43,351 bases of DNA from Chloroflexota bacterium (GTDB lineage: Bacteria > Chloroflexota > Dehalococcoidia > UBA2979): positions 55,340 to 98,690 of the forward strand of contig PANZ01000012.1 of assembly GCA_002707835.1 (NCBI GenBank), in the 5' to 3' direction. The notes below the pieces were generated by a model. That model was given only the letters and a program-made list of their open reading frames with translations. It was not told the origin of the DNA and searched no databases. Shown here in pieces: positions 1-9,900 of this stretch. Within the stretch, counting starts at the first letter, position 1; the number at the start of each line of letters is the position of its first letter. The translations under genes were made by a program, and so were the position numbers.

Positions 1-434
1 CCAATCAGAATCCTAGACGTATATTTATCTCCATGCCGGTCAGTTACCTCGAATTGATTTTGAGCTAACCTTCTTACACGAGCTGCAGCGACACCATCAC
101 GAAAATCAACACCTGACTTTTGTGCTTGTTCAACAAGAAAAGAATCCAACCGGCTTCGTTGAGTCATGTATGTTATAGGCTTAGAGGTATGGCGAGTAAT
201 TATTTGATTGTCACGCAATCGCAAATGTGCTCCGTAGACTACATCTTCAATTACGGGATCAAGTGAAAAAGGTAAAAGTTCATCCGTCCGTATCGTAACA
301 CCACCACCACAAGGCTTATCACGAGGAAAGCGTGATTTATCTAAAAGGAGAACTTCCCATCCCAAAGAAGATATCTCTCTAGCAGCAGTAGAACCAGCAG
401 GGCCAGCACCAATTACAATCACTTCTTTATCCAT
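1..434 (-). CDS. Geranylgeranyl reductase family FAD-dependent oxidoreductase (3' end truncated by window edge)
   Basis: Manual translation from ATG 434: MDKEVIVIGAGPAGSTAARDISSLGWEVLLLDKSRFPRDKPCGGG...; GxGxxG FAD motif plus the FPRxKxCGG motif of the GGR family; frame open to position 1. Absent from the ORF track. Confidence 0.85.
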   Translation of the reverse strand, partial: MDKEVIVIGAGPAGSTAAREISSLGWEVLLLDKSRFPRDKPCGGGVTIRTDELLPFSLDPVIEDVVYGAHLRLRDNQIITRHTSKPITYMTQRSRLDSFLVEQAQKSGVDFRDGVAAARVRRLAQNQFEVTDRHGDKYTSRILI

Positions 435-531
435 AATTAGATGCTACGACAGGCAGACTCTTCAGTCAGGTAATTATTCTCAATTTTGGAAAAGGTAATT
501 TTAAAATTTACCAATAAGTCACCATAACTAG

Positions 532-563
532 TTGACTTATTGTGCGAATCCTGATGATACTAT
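532..563 (+). promoter_or_regulatory. Putative sigma70 promoter of the ilv leader/ilvBN-leuA operon
   Basis: TTGACT at 532-537 and extended -10 TGaTACTAT at 555-563, ending 7 nt before the leader ATG at 571 (fits a leaderless transcript). Confidence 0.5.
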
Positions 564-570
564 TAGAACT

Positions 571-666
571 ATGCAGAACAACACATCAATAAGCGTTGAC
601 CGTTCCGTGGTCTTATCTGGCCTCAGCTTATTGGTGCCTTCTAACGTCTTACTAGTCCTTACATAG
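571..666 (+). CDS. Putative Leu/Val-rich attenuation leader peptide (31 aa, MQNNTSISVDRSVVLSGLSLLVPSNVLLVLT)
   Basis: ATG 571 to TAG 664-666; 7 Leu, 6 Val and 1 Ile in 31 codons, ending VLLVLT; directly upstream of ilvB and followed by hairpins. Confidence 0.75.
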   Translation: MQNNTSISVDRSVVLSGLSLLVPSNVLLVLT

Positions 667-731
667 GCGATACTGTCGTCCACCTGACGAGCAGTGTCGC
701 CTAAAAAACCCGCAAGGGTGGTTTGTCTTGC
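664..731 (+). promoter_or_regulatory. Attenuator-like RNA hairpins downstream of the leader peptide
   Basis: Long hairpin TAGGCGATACTGTCGTC-cacct-GACGA(g)CAGTGTCGCCTA (664-703), then mutually exclusive small hairpins ACCC-GCAA-GGGT (708-719) and GCAAGG/TCTTGC (712-731). Confidence 0.6.
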
Positions 732-768
732 AAATAAAAAAATCAATGAAATTCACAGGAAGAACAAA

Positions 769-2463
769 ATGAAGAAGATTACTGGAGCAGATATAGTCCT
801 TGAATCACTCAAAAAAATTGGTATCGATACTGTCTTTGGATATCCAGGCGGTGTGGTTCTTCCATTATACGATCGATGGCCTTCACATCCTGAAGTACGC
901 CATATTTTAGTTCGTCATGAACAAGGCGCTGGACATGCAGCCGAAGGATATGCAAAAGCTTCAGGAAGATTGGGTTGTGCTTTAGCTACTTCAGGTCCTG
1001 GAGCAACGAATCTCGTTACAGCTATTACTGACGCTATGATGGATAGTATCCCTGTACTTTTCATAACTGGAAATGTTGCCCGAAACCTTTTAGGAAGAGA
1101 TGGCTTTCAAGAAGCAGATATCACTGGTATTACAATGCCAATTACTAAACACAATTATCTCGTAATGCGAGCGGAAGATATCGCACCAACTTTTGCTGAG
1201 GCAGCTTATATAGCCACTACTGGCAGGCCAGGTCCAGTACATATTGATATTCCTAAGGATGTATTTATCGAAGAAGCTGATTTCGAGTGGCCAGAGCAAA
1301 TTTCTATTAGAGGATATGAACCATTTCCTTCCGTTAATGAAGATGAAATCAAGAATGCAGTTCAGCTAATTCGCAGAGCTGAGCGACCAATAATTTTTGC
1401 TGGACACGGTATTATTCAAGCAGATGCATCTAAAGAGTTAATGGAATTTGCTGAAAAATCAGGTACTCCAGTTCTCAATACCTTATTAGGTCTTGGATCA
1501 ATTCCTCAAGATCATGTTCTCTCCTATGGAATGATGGGGATGCACGGATCTTATTGGGCCAACCACGCTGCATCAAATGCAGATCTTATAATAGGATTAG
1601 GTATGCGCATGGATGATCGTGCATTAGGTCGCTTTGCCGATCTCAACCCTACGGCAAATGTCATACATGTAGACATAGATCCAGCAGAACATAACAAAAA
1701 CATAATCACCACCACGCCAATTGTAGGTAACGTCCGGGAAGTATTAAAAATACTAATCACACAATTCGAGCCATTATCACACATTGATTGGATCCATTGG
1801 ATCGATGAATTACGTAGAGATCATAAGGATTCATTTAAAGTACCTGAGGTAGATGAGCTAACTCCTCAATACATTGAATCTCGAATAGCTGAAAAAATTG
1901 GGAATGAAGGAGTTGTAGTAACAGGAGTTGGGCAGCACCAAATGTGGGCCGCACAACTAATGAATATTTCAAGGCCTCGTCAGCTAATTACTTCTGGTGG
2001 TTTAGGTACTATGGGTTTCGAGGTTCCTGCAGCGTTAGGAGCTCAAGTTGCCGAACCAAACAGAACCGTTTGGACAATTTGTGGTGATGGTGGATTTCAA
2101 ATGACTAATCAAGAAATTGCCACAATGATCGATGAAAATTTACCTGTCAAAATGGCAATCATGAACAATGGATTCTTGGGAATGGTTCGACAATGGCAAG
2201 AACTTTTTTATGGGAATAACTATGTTTCCGTCAATATGTCACAGCCAGACTTTGTTAAACTTGGTGAAGCATATGGTATAAAATCACTTCGTGTAAGCCA
2301 TAAGTCAGAAGTTGATGATGTAATTATAGAAGCAAATAATCATCCCGGTCCCGTTTTAATTGATTTCCAAGTGGAAACTGAAGGAAATGTTTGGCCGATG
2401 GTGCCAGCTGGCGCTGCACTTAGTGAAACTGTTGAAACATCAGATCAAGTTAAGGCTTTGTAG
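769..2463 (+). CDS. ilvB: Acetolactate synthase large subunit (biosynthetic)
   Basis: FGYPGG, RHEQGA, TSGPGATN, GxHQMW, SGGLGTMG and ThDP motif GDGGFQM...NN. Start moved to ATG 769 (MKKITGA) because the upstream extension overlaps the attenuator. Confidence 0.96.
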   Translation: MKKITGADIVLESLKKIGIDTVFGYPGGVVLPLYDRWPSHPEVRHILVRHEQGAGHAAEGYAKASGRLGCALATSGPGATNLVTAITDAMMDSIPVLFITGNVARNLLGRDGFQEADITGITMPITKHNYLVMRAEDIAPTFAEAAYIATTGRPGPVHIDIPKDVFIEEADFEWPEQISIRGYEPFPSVNEDEIKNAVQLIRRAERPIIFAGHGIIQADASKELMEFAEKSGTPVLNTLLGLGSIPQDHVLSYGMMGMHGSYWANHAASNADLIIGLGMRMDDRALGRFADLNPTANVIHVDIDPAEHNKNIITTTPIVGNVREVLKILITQFEPLSHIDWIHWIDELRRDHKDSFKVPEVDELTPQYIESRIAEKIGNEGVVVTGVGQHQMWAAQLMNISRPRQLITSGGLGTMGFEVPAALGAQVAEPNRTVWTICGDGGFQMTNQEIATMIDENLPVKMAIMNNGFLGMVRQWQELFYGNNYVSVNMSQPDFVKLGEAYGIKSLRVSHKSEVDDVIIEANNHPGPVLIDFQVETEGNVWPMVPAGAALSETVETSDQVKAL

Positions 2464-2487
2464 TCTTAGGTAATTTGGAGAATTAAA

Positions 2488-3063
2488 ATGAAACACACTC
2501 TAGCAGCTTTAGTTGAAAATCATCCTGGAGTTCTTAATCGCGTTGCTTCATTATTTCGAAGACGCGGTTTTAATATTGAATCTTTAGCTGTAGGAACTAC
2601 AGAACAAGAGGGCATCTCGCGGATGACTTTTGTAGTGGAAGGAGATGATAATGTAGGTGAACAAGTAGAAAAACAACTTTACAAACTAATCGACATTATT
2701 AAAGTTTCTGACCTTAGCCGTGAAGAATCAATAGTTAGAGAAATTGCACTTATTAAGGTTCGATCTGAAAAAAATAATCGTAGGGACATCCTCGACTTAG
2801 TAGAAATATTTAGGGCACAGGCAGTAGATATCACAGAATATAGTGTAGTTATACAACTTGTGGCTCATCCAGAAACTGTCGATAGCTTACTAGAAAATCT
2901 CGCAGCGTATCCCATTATTGAAATGGTAAGAACTGGGCGTATTGCCATGTTAAGAGGCCCACAAGCAATTTCTGTCCCAACTACTGAACCAGTTGAAGTT
3001 GCTAGATTTCATCAAGCATCAGGTAGACGCCCTGAGGGAGAATTACCCTACGTCTCAGAATAA
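2488..3063 (+). CDS. ilvN: Acetolactate synthase small regulatory subunit
   Basis: ACT domain MKHTLAALVENHPGVLNRVASLFRRRGFNIESL, KQLYKL, EMVRTG; follows ilvB. Confidence 0.96.
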   Translation: MKHTLAALVENHPGVLNRVASLFRRRGFNIESLAVGTTEQEGISRMTFVVEGDDNVGEQVEKQLYKLIDIIKVSDLSREESIVREIALIKVRSEKNNRRDILDLVEIFRAQAVDITEYSVVIQLVAHPETVDSLLENLAAYPIIEMVRTGRIAMLRGPQAISVPTTEPVEVARFHQASGRRPEGELPYVSE

Positions 3064-3094
3064 GTTTATGTATATAAACTAATAGGAGTTGAAA

Positions 3095-4630
3095 ATGAGT
3101 AATAGCGAAAAAGTTTATATCTTTGACACGACGCTTCGCGATGGTGAACAGTCTGCAGGTATAGGATTTACAGTAAACGAAAAACTAGAAATTGCTCGAG
3201 CACTTGCAAGATTAAATGTTGATATTATCGAAGCTGGATTTCCTATATCTTCACCAGGAGACTTAGAATCAGTTGCAGAAATTGCTAAACAAGTCAAAGG
3301 ACCAGTAATCGCAGGCCTCGCTCGAGCAGCCTTTAATGACGTAGATGCAGCTTGGGAAGCTGTAAAACATGCAGAGACTCCACGAATACATGTTTTTCTA
3401 TCTTCAAGTGATATCCATCTAGCACAACAGCTACGAAAAAATCGTGAGGATATAATGGAAATGGCCCGAGCTGCAGTTTCAAGAGCTGCAAAATATACCT
3501 CGGATGTCGAATTTTCTCCTATGGATGCTACACGATCTAGACCAGAATTCGTTTATCAACTTGTTGAAGCAGCAATCGAAGAAGGGGCAACGACAATTAA
3601 TATTCCTGATACTGTCGGATATGCTATTCCTGAAGAATTTGAAGCCTTCATACGTTCTCTTCCTGAAAATGTACCAAACATGCATAAAGCACGAATATCT
3701 GTACATTGTCAAAATGACTTAGGAATGGCAACTGCAAACTCTTTAGCAGGAATTCTTGGTGGTGCACGTCAGGTTGAAGGGACAATTAATGGAATTGGAG
3801 AAAGAGCTGGTAATGCATCTTTAGAAGAAATTATCATGTCGATACGTACACGTGACGATTTCATGAATGTACATGTAGATGCAAAGCCACAGGAAATTTA
3901 CTCAATTAGTAAATTGGTTGAACGTGCATCAGGTATGACATTACAACCACATAAAGCAATTGTTGGGAAAAATGCTTTTCGGCATTCATCAGGTATCCAT
4001 CAAGATGGTGTTCTAAAAATGAGAGAGACTTATGAAATAATGGATCCTGTTGAATTGGGTATCCCAGGTGGTTCAGCTATTGTACTGACAAAAACGTCGG
4101 GTCGGCATGGTCTGCAATCGAGATTAGAATCTCTAGGAATTGAACCCTCAGAAGATGAATTCCAAAGAATATGGGATGCGTTTTTAGATGTTGCTGATGC
4201 CAAAGATGAAGTTGATGATCGCGATCTAATGGCCATTGTCTCTGAGCAAACACAAATTCAAGTACAAGATGCCTGGACATTAGATCTTGTCCAAGTATCA
4301 ACTGGTGACCACGGTACTCCCACGGCAACAGTCCGATTAATGGATCCAGATGGCAATACCTCTGAAGATGCAGCGATAGGAACAGGACCAGTTGACGCCA
4401 TTTATAGAGCAATAAATCGTGTCACAAATACCGAAAATTCATTAACAGAATTCTCTGTGAAGTCAGTTACAGAAGGAATTGATGCACAAGGAGAAGTAAC
4501 CATTAGAGTCGAAACAGATGGTGATGCATATCAGGGCAGGGCTGCAGATACAGACATCTTAGTAGCGAGCGCCCGAGCTTACTTGCATGCGCTAAATCGA
4601 GCTATTGCTGTAAAGAACATTGCTGAATAG
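3095..4630 (+). CDS. leuA: 2-isopropylmalate synthase
   Basis: IFDTTLRDGEQ, EAGFP, NGIGERAGN, SGIHQDG and C-terminal regulatory domain GTGPVDA; AGGAG SD at 3084-3088 favours ATG 3095. Confidence 0.93.
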   Translation: MSNSEKVYIFDTTLRDGEQSAGIGFTVNEKLEIARALARLNVDIIEAGFPISSPGDLESVAEIAKQVKGPVIAGLARAAFNDVDAAWEAVKHAETPRIHVFLSSSDIHLAQQLRKNREDIMEMARAAVSRAAKYTSDVEFSPMDATRSRPEFVYQLVEAAIEEGATTINIPDTVGYAIPEEFEAFIRSLPENVPNMHKARISVHCQNDLGMATANSLAGILGGARQVEGTINGIGERAGNASLEEIIMSIRTRDDFMNVHVDAKPQEIYSISKLVERASGMTLQPHKAIVGKNAFRHSSGIHQDGVLKMRETYEIMDPVELGIPGGSAIVLTKTSGRHGLQSRLESLGIEPSEDEFQRIWDAFLDVADAKDEVDDRDLMAIVSEQTQIQVQDAWTLDLVQVSTGDHGTPTATVRLMDPDGNTSEDAAIGTGPVDAIYRAINRVTNTENSLTEFSVKSVTEGIDAQGEVTIRVETDGDAYQGRAADTDILVASARAYLHALNRAIAVKNIAE

Positions 4631-4642
4631 TCCATTGCAACT

Positions 4643-5560
4643 TTATGCATTTGCTGTAGCTAATTGTTTAAGTTTCTGAATTGCTTCAGCCTTCTTACGC
4701 GAATCATGAACAGCGCTTTCGTATGCAATATCAAAAAGTGGAGCCATATTAATTAGAACTTCGACTCGTTTGAAAAAATATGTATCCAACGAATTGTTGT
4801 AGTTAATCATGATCTTATCCAAGAACTCTTTAGGCATATCATTTAATATACCTGCAAAATCAATAGCAAAATCACTGATCATAGTGTCACCAAAGTCAAT
4901 TACACCACATAAATTATATTCAGAATCAACTAATAGATGTTCGCCACTTATATCACCATGCACAAGAACTGGAGATTGCGAAAAATTATTATCATAATGA
5001 CGAAATTTCTCTTGCAATTTTTTTAAATACGTGTACGAATATCCATCAATATCATCCTTCGCAATTTTAAGCATTGGAATATAATGATCATCCAATAAGT
5101 TTATTGTCTGTATGTCGATACTATTCAAACTATCGAGTGAAATAGTGTGTAACTGGTAAAAGAAATTAGCAATTTGAATCGCCAATGTATTAAGTTTAGA
5201 CTCCGGTATTGTAACTGAACTTAGATTTCTTCCCTCTATGAATCGGTAAATCATAGCGAAATGACCATCTTGAGATTCGACCAATTGAGCATCTTGGGGG
5301 GTAATACCTGAAACAATTATATCTTGTAGATAATTGAGTAATTTCACTTCTTGGCGAAAAGAATTAATTTCGGAATATACACATGACTTTGCTATAGATA
5401 TAGCCCAATATGTTTGTCCATCAGAAACTCGATAGACTCTTCTATTCATACCAAAGCCAATCTGTTCCACACTTTTGTACTCGATAGTTGGAAGTACTAT
5501 CTGAACAGAACGAAAAACGCTCTCCGGTAACGGAACATTATCGACATTAGCAGTCATCAA
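4643..5560 (-). CDS. Aminoglycoside phosphotransferase/choline kinase-like small-molecule kinase
   Basis: Brenner-type motif VHGDISGEHLLV and GVIDFGD; N-terminal GxG loop; start overlaps the leuD stop. Confidence 0.8.
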   Translation of the reverse strand: MMTANVDNVPLPESVFRSVQIVLPTIEYKSVEQIGFGMNRRVYRVSDGQTYWAISIAKSCVYSEINSFRQEVKLLNYLQDIIVSGITPQDAQLVESQDGHFAMIYRFIEGRNLSSVTIPESKLNTLAIQIANFFYQLHTISLDSLNSIDIQTINLLDDHYIPMLKIAKDDIDGYSYTYLKKLQEKFRHYDNNFSQSPVLVHGDISGEHLLVDSEYNLCGVIDFGDTMISDFAIDFAGILNDMPKEFLDKIMINYNNSLDTYFFKRVEVLINMAPLFDIAYESAVHDSRKKAEAIQKLKQLATANA

Positions 5561-6177
5561 TTTATCTTTAGACTATCCTGACCAGCTTGATCTGTACTTG
5601 GTAAAAAACTCGAACGTATCTCTTCAAAAGAAGAAATCTTCTGTTCATTTGCCAGTGTAATTCCTATATCATCCAAACCATTAAGTAATCGATGCTTTAC
5701 AAATTCATCAATTTTGAATTGTCGTGACCATTCTGAACCTATCATGACGGTCTGATTTTCCAAATTAATTACAATCTCTCCCTCGGGTAGTTCTTCAGCA
5801 CGAGACATTAAGTAATCAACATCATCTTGATCAAGTTGAATAGTCAGGAGTCCAACTTTAGAACAATTATTGCGAAATATATCACCAAAACTTGGAGCAA
5901 TAATTGCTTCGACACCCATATCTTCTAAAGCCCATACAGCATGTTCTCTACTAGAACCACATCCAAAGTTTTGCTGTGCAAGCATAATCGGTGCATCCTT
6001 ATATTGAATTCGATTAGTAATGAAATCATCATCTTTACGCCAATCAAAAAAAGCGAATTCACCATAACCGGTCCGCTCTATACGTTTCAAAAATTGCTTA
6101 GGAATTATTTGGTCTGTATCAACATCAGCACGATTTAAGGGAATTGCATTCCCACGAACTTGTTTAACTGCTTTCAT
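5557..6177 (-). CDS. leuD: 3-isopropylmalate dehydratase small subunit
   Basis: VDTDQIIPKQFL, NFGCGSSREHA, SFGDIF, GLDDI. Confidence 0.96.
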   Translation of the reverse strand: MKAVKQVRGNAIPLNRADVDTDQIIPKQFLKRIERTGYGEFAFFDWRKDDDFITNRIQYKDAPIMLAQQNFGCGSSREHAVWALEDMGVEAIIAPSFGDIFRNNCSKVGLLTIQLDQDDVDYLMSRAEELPEGEIVINLENQTVMIGSEWSRQFKIDEFVKHRLLNGLDDIGITLANEQKISSFEEIRSSFLPSTDQAGQDSLKIN

Positions 6178-7583
6178 CAGATTATCTCCCTAACATCTAC
6201 AAAATTACCCGCAATCGCTGCTGCTGCTGCCATTTCAGGACTAACAAGATGTGTTCTTCCACCTGCACCTTGACGTCCTTCAAAATTTCTGTTGCTTGTA
6301 GAAGCACATCTTTCTTGTGGCAATAAAATATCCGGGTTCATTCCTAAGCACATTGAGCAACCAGGTTCACGCCACTCAAAACCTGCATCTTTAAAAATTA
6401 GATCTAAACCTTCTTCTTCTGCTTGTTGTTTTACTTTACCCGAACCAGGAACAATCATTGCACTGACTGAAGAAGACACTTTTTGACCTTCTATGATAGT
6501 TGCTGCCCTTCTTAAGTCTTCTATACGTCCATTAGTACATGATCCAATAAATACTCGATCTATACCTATATCAGTAATCGCAGTTCCTGCCTCTAATCCC
6601 ATATATTTCAATGCTCTCTGCGCAGTTTCTCGTGAAGAAGCAGTCGTAGCGTCGTCAGGGTTAGGTACCACATCGCTAACTGGAACGCTTTGTGCAGGTG
6701 TAGTTCCCCAAGTCACATGTGGTGCTATGTTGTTCCCATCCAAAACAATCGATTGATCGAAAACTGCGCCCTTATCACTCACAAGCTTTCCCCAATTTTC
6801 TACCTGTTGATCCCAATCTAATCCAGAGGGTGAAAATTCTTTACCAAGTAAATATTCAAAGGTCTTTTCATCAGGAGCTATTAATCCTGCTCTGGCGCCA
6901 CCTTCAATAGTCATATTACAGACCGTCATTCTTTCTTCCATTGAGAGCTTACGAATAACATCACCACGATATTCAATTACATGACCAACACCACCATCAA
7001 CCCCTGTACGCTGAATAATGGCTAAAATTACATCCTTGGCTGTGACACCAACTCCAAGTTCACCTGTAACCTCAACCGACATCGTTTTCGGTCGACTTTG
7101 TGGTAATGTTTGTGTAGCGAGAACATGTTCAACTTCTGAAGTACCAATACCAAAAGCTAAAGCACCAAATGCACCATGCGTTGAAGTATGACTATCACCG
7201 CAAACAATGGTCATGCCAGGTTGAGTTAGCCCGTGTTCAGGGCTAATGATATGAACAATACCTTGCCTTAAATCAAATATGTCCCACAACGGGATATCAA
7301 AATCCTTGCAATTTGTTCTCAAAACTTCTATTTGCTGAGTTGATAAAGGATCAGGATTAGGTAGTGTACGATCTGTCGTAGGCACATTATGATCTACAGT
7401 TGCTAAAGTAAGATCAGGACGACGCACACTTCTGTTTGTCATTCTTAATCCATCAAATGCTTGAGGTGAGGTAACTTCATGCACTAAATGTAGATCGATA
7501 TATAAAAGGTCAGGTTTACCCTGCTCTGCATGAACAACATGTTGTTCCCAAATCTTATCTACAATTGTTTGCGGTTGAGTCAT
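6177..7583 (-). CDS. leuC: 3-isopropylmalate dehydratase large subunit
   Basis: [44 protein letters not shown]. Start set at ATG 7583 (MTQPQT), behind a GGAG SD. Confidence 0.97.
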   Translation of the reverse strand: MTQPQTIVDKIWEQHVVHAEQGKPDLLYIDLHLVHEVTSPQAFDGLRMTNRSVRRPDLTLATVDHNVPTTDRTLPNPDPLSTQQIEVLRTNCKDFDIPLWDIFDLRQGIVHIISPEHGLTQPGMTIVCGDSHTSTHGAFGALAFGIGTSEVEHVLATQTLPQSRPKTMSVEVTGELGVGVTAKDVILAIIQRTGVDGGVGHVIEYRGDVIRKLSMEERMTVCNMTIEGGARAGLIAPDEKTFEYLLGKEFSPSGLDWDQQVENWGKLVSDKGAVFDQSIVLDGNNIAPHVTWGTTPAQSVPVSDVVPNPDDATTASSRETAQRALKYMGLEAGTAITDIGIDRVFIGSCTNGRIEDLRRAATIIEGQKVSSSVSAMIVPGSGKVKQQAEEEGLDLIFKDAGFEWREPGCSMCLGMNPDILLPQERCASTSNRNFEGRQGAGGRTHLVSPEMAAAAAIAGNFVDVREII

Positions 7584-7614
7584 TTCATACTCCATTCTAA
7601 GTATCAATTAAATT

Positions 7615-9270
7615 TCAAACACCTTGACCCCAATGAAAGAGCCAATATTCGTAAGCATCTTGTAACGCAAGCCATGATGCCCCAACAACATCCGTAGAAG
7701 CTCCAACTGTTCGCCATAAACGTATACCATCACTGGATTCAATCAGAACACGAACAGCAGCATCAGCACCAGCACCAGAATCAATAATTCGAACCTTATA
7801 ATCTACTAAGCGAACTTGAGATATTTCTGCGTGCACTTCGGACAAAGCTTTTCGCACAGCAGCATCTAAGGCAGATACAGGTCCATTCCCATCAGCAGCT
7901 ACTTGCGACAAATGATCGCCTATACGCATTTTTACCATGGCCTCTGCTTGCATTTCTGCCATATATGAATCACCGCTAATATTTCTTCCATGCTCTACAA
8001 TCAGAAAATCTTCAAGATTAAAAAGAGGTGTGTAGCCATCTTGCAAACGACGCACAAGTAGTTCAAAACTAGCTTCAGCTGACTCAAATTGGTAGCCACG
8101 TGCTTCTTGATTTTTCAAGTCAGAAAGAACTTGAGCAACTTGATTATCATTTAACTCAACTTCCACACCCTGCTCACGAAGTTTCTCTACAATATTTCTT
8201 CTACCTGACAGTTCAGAAATCAAAACTCGCTCTTTATTACCCACTAATGAAGGACTAATGTGCGTGTAAGAACCTGGTGATTTTGTAACTGCAGCAACAT
8301 GTAGCCCTGCTTTATGGGCAAATGCCCCACTGCCCACATATGGTTGCTGAGAATTAGGAGTGAAATTAGCAAGCTCTGATGCAAATAGTGCAGTTTCCGT
8401 AAGTCGTTTAAGCTGCTCTTCACCAACTACATCTAAACCTAATTTTAATTTAAGATTTGGAATCACTGAAATCATATTTGCATTACCCGTGCGCTCACCC
8501 CATCCATTTAGACAAGCCTGTATTTGCGTAGCGCCTTCTTCAACCGCTGCTAAGGTACTCGCAACAGCCATATCCGTATCATTATGACAATGAATACCGA
8601 TATCACATTCAATAAGACCACGAATTTCTGTAATAATCTGTCGTATTTGTGAAGGAATAGCTCCCCCATTTGTATCACACAATGTAACAGTAGAAGCACC
8701 GGCTTTTTGTGCTGTGAGAATACAAGCTATCGCATAATCTTTATCTTCTTTATAACCATCAAAAAAATGCTCTGCATCAAAAATGACCTCTTTACCTTTA
8801 TTTTCAAGATATTGAATTGATTCAGCAATCATTAATAAATTTTCTTCTTCTGTGGTTTCTAAAACCTCTAATACTTGGCTCTTTGACGTTTTTCCTACAA
8901 GAGTAATTGCCGCGGTACCAGCATCAAGAACGGCACGAAGTGCCTCATCTTTTTCTACTTCATTACCAGGTTTTCGTGTAGAACCAAATGCCACGAGCAC
9001 AGCACTAGATAACGATATTTCTTTTGCGCGGTTAAAAAAATCTGCATCTTTAGGATTAGACCCTGGATACCCACCTTCAATGTAGTGAATACCCAAATCA
9101 TCAAGTTTCTTTAGAATTAATAATTTGTCCTGTAAGGAAAGACTTAATCCTTCCATTCCAAGGCCATCACGCAATGTGGTGTCGTATAAGCGGATATCAG
9201 ATGCATTTGGTAAAAAAGATTTCACAGCATCAGAAGAGCCACTATCTGGGGAGTTTATATGGTCAGCCAT
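7615..9270 (-). CDS. cimA: (R)-citramalate synthase (bacterial CimA type, DRE-TIM)
   Basis: YDTTLRDG, IEGGYPGSNPKD, DAEHFFDG, CDTNGG, HCHND, ERTGNA, YQFESAEASFELL, GNGPV, DYKVRI. Confidence 0.88.
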   Translation of the reverse strand: MADHINSPDSGSSDAVKSFLPNASDIRLYDTTLRDGLGMEGLSLSLQDKLLILKKLDDLGIHYIEGGYPGSNPKDADFFNRAKEISLSSAVLVAFGSTRKPGNEVEKDEALRAVLDAGTAAITLVGKTSKSQVLEVLETTEEENLLMIAESIQYLENKGKEVIFDAEHFFDGYKEDKDYAIACILTAQKAGASTVTLCDTNGGAIPSQIRQIITEIRGLIECDIGIHCHNDTDMAVASTLAAVEEGATQIQACLNGWGERTGNANMISVIPNLKLKLGLDVVGEEQLKRLTETALFASELANFTPNSQQPYVGSGAFAHKAGLHVAAVTKSPGSYTHISPSLVGNKERVLISELSGRRNIVEKLREQGVEVELNDNQVAQVLSDLKNQEARGYQFESAEASFELLVRRLQDGYTPLFNLEDFLIVEHGRNISGDSYMAEMQAEAMVKMRIGDHLSQVAADGNGPVSALDAAVRKALSEVHAEISQVRLVDYKVRIIDSGAGADAAVRVLIESSDGIRLWRTVGASTDVVGASWLALQDAYEYWLFHWGQGV

Positions 9271-9389
9271 TTTATCCGCTCTATTAGAAATTAAGCTTAG
9301 GTACTTTTACATAAATTAATCAAACATATAAAACAAGAATTTATTCCGTTAAACTTACTACTAACGTTCAGAAAAGAAAATAAATAAAA

Positions 9390-9896
9390 ATGACCACAAT
9401 TCATAATTTAAATCCTGAAAAACGCCCCGGTGCTCGTGTACTTCTTTTCGACTGCGAAAAGAATTTGTTGCTTTTTGAAACATCTACAAATCCATCAGAT
9501 TCTAATGATGAAATTATTTGGATGACACCTGGTGGTGCCTCCGAATTAAATGAAAAACCTTCAGAGACTGCTCTAAGAGAATTGTATGAAGAAACAGGCT
9601 TTTCTCCCCCATTAAAAAAATGTGTTTGGGTGCGTGATTGGATTTGGTATCACAGTGGATATGAAAAATGGTATGACACACATGAATACTTCTATGTTGC
9701 TGAGCTCACGAGAGAATCTCCAAAAATCAAACCAACAAAAGACGATGAATTGGTTACTCTAATGTCTTATAAATGGATGAATTTAGAACAAATTTCACAA
9801 TTAAAAGAAAAAACTTCCCCTATAAAACTAAAAGAATTGTTAATTCCAATAATTACAGGTAACTACCCAGAAAAACCTTTATCAATTGGACAATAA
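9390..9896 (+). CDS. NUDIX hydrolase
   Basis: Nudix box PGGASELNEKPSETALRELYEETG. Confidence 0.88.
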   Translation: MTTIHNLNPEKRPGARVLLFDCEKNLLLFETSTNPSDSNDEIIWMTPGGASELNEKPSETALRELYEETGFSPPLKKCVWVRDWIWYHSGYEKWYDTHEYFYVAELTRESPKIKPTKDDELVTLMSYKWMNLEQISQLKEKTSPIKLKELLIPIITGNYPEKPLSIGQ

Positions 9897-9900
9897 ATAA

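Noticed and set aside
494-512. Near-palindrome GGTAATTTTAAAATTTACC in the divergent promoter
   Set aside because: Mostly A/T and imperfect; cannot be told from chance without comparative data.
537-746. 69-aa minus-strand ORF and the 694-768 N-terminal extension of ilvB
   Set aside because: Both overlap the leader peptide/attenuator; no motifs; ilvB homology begins at ATG 769.
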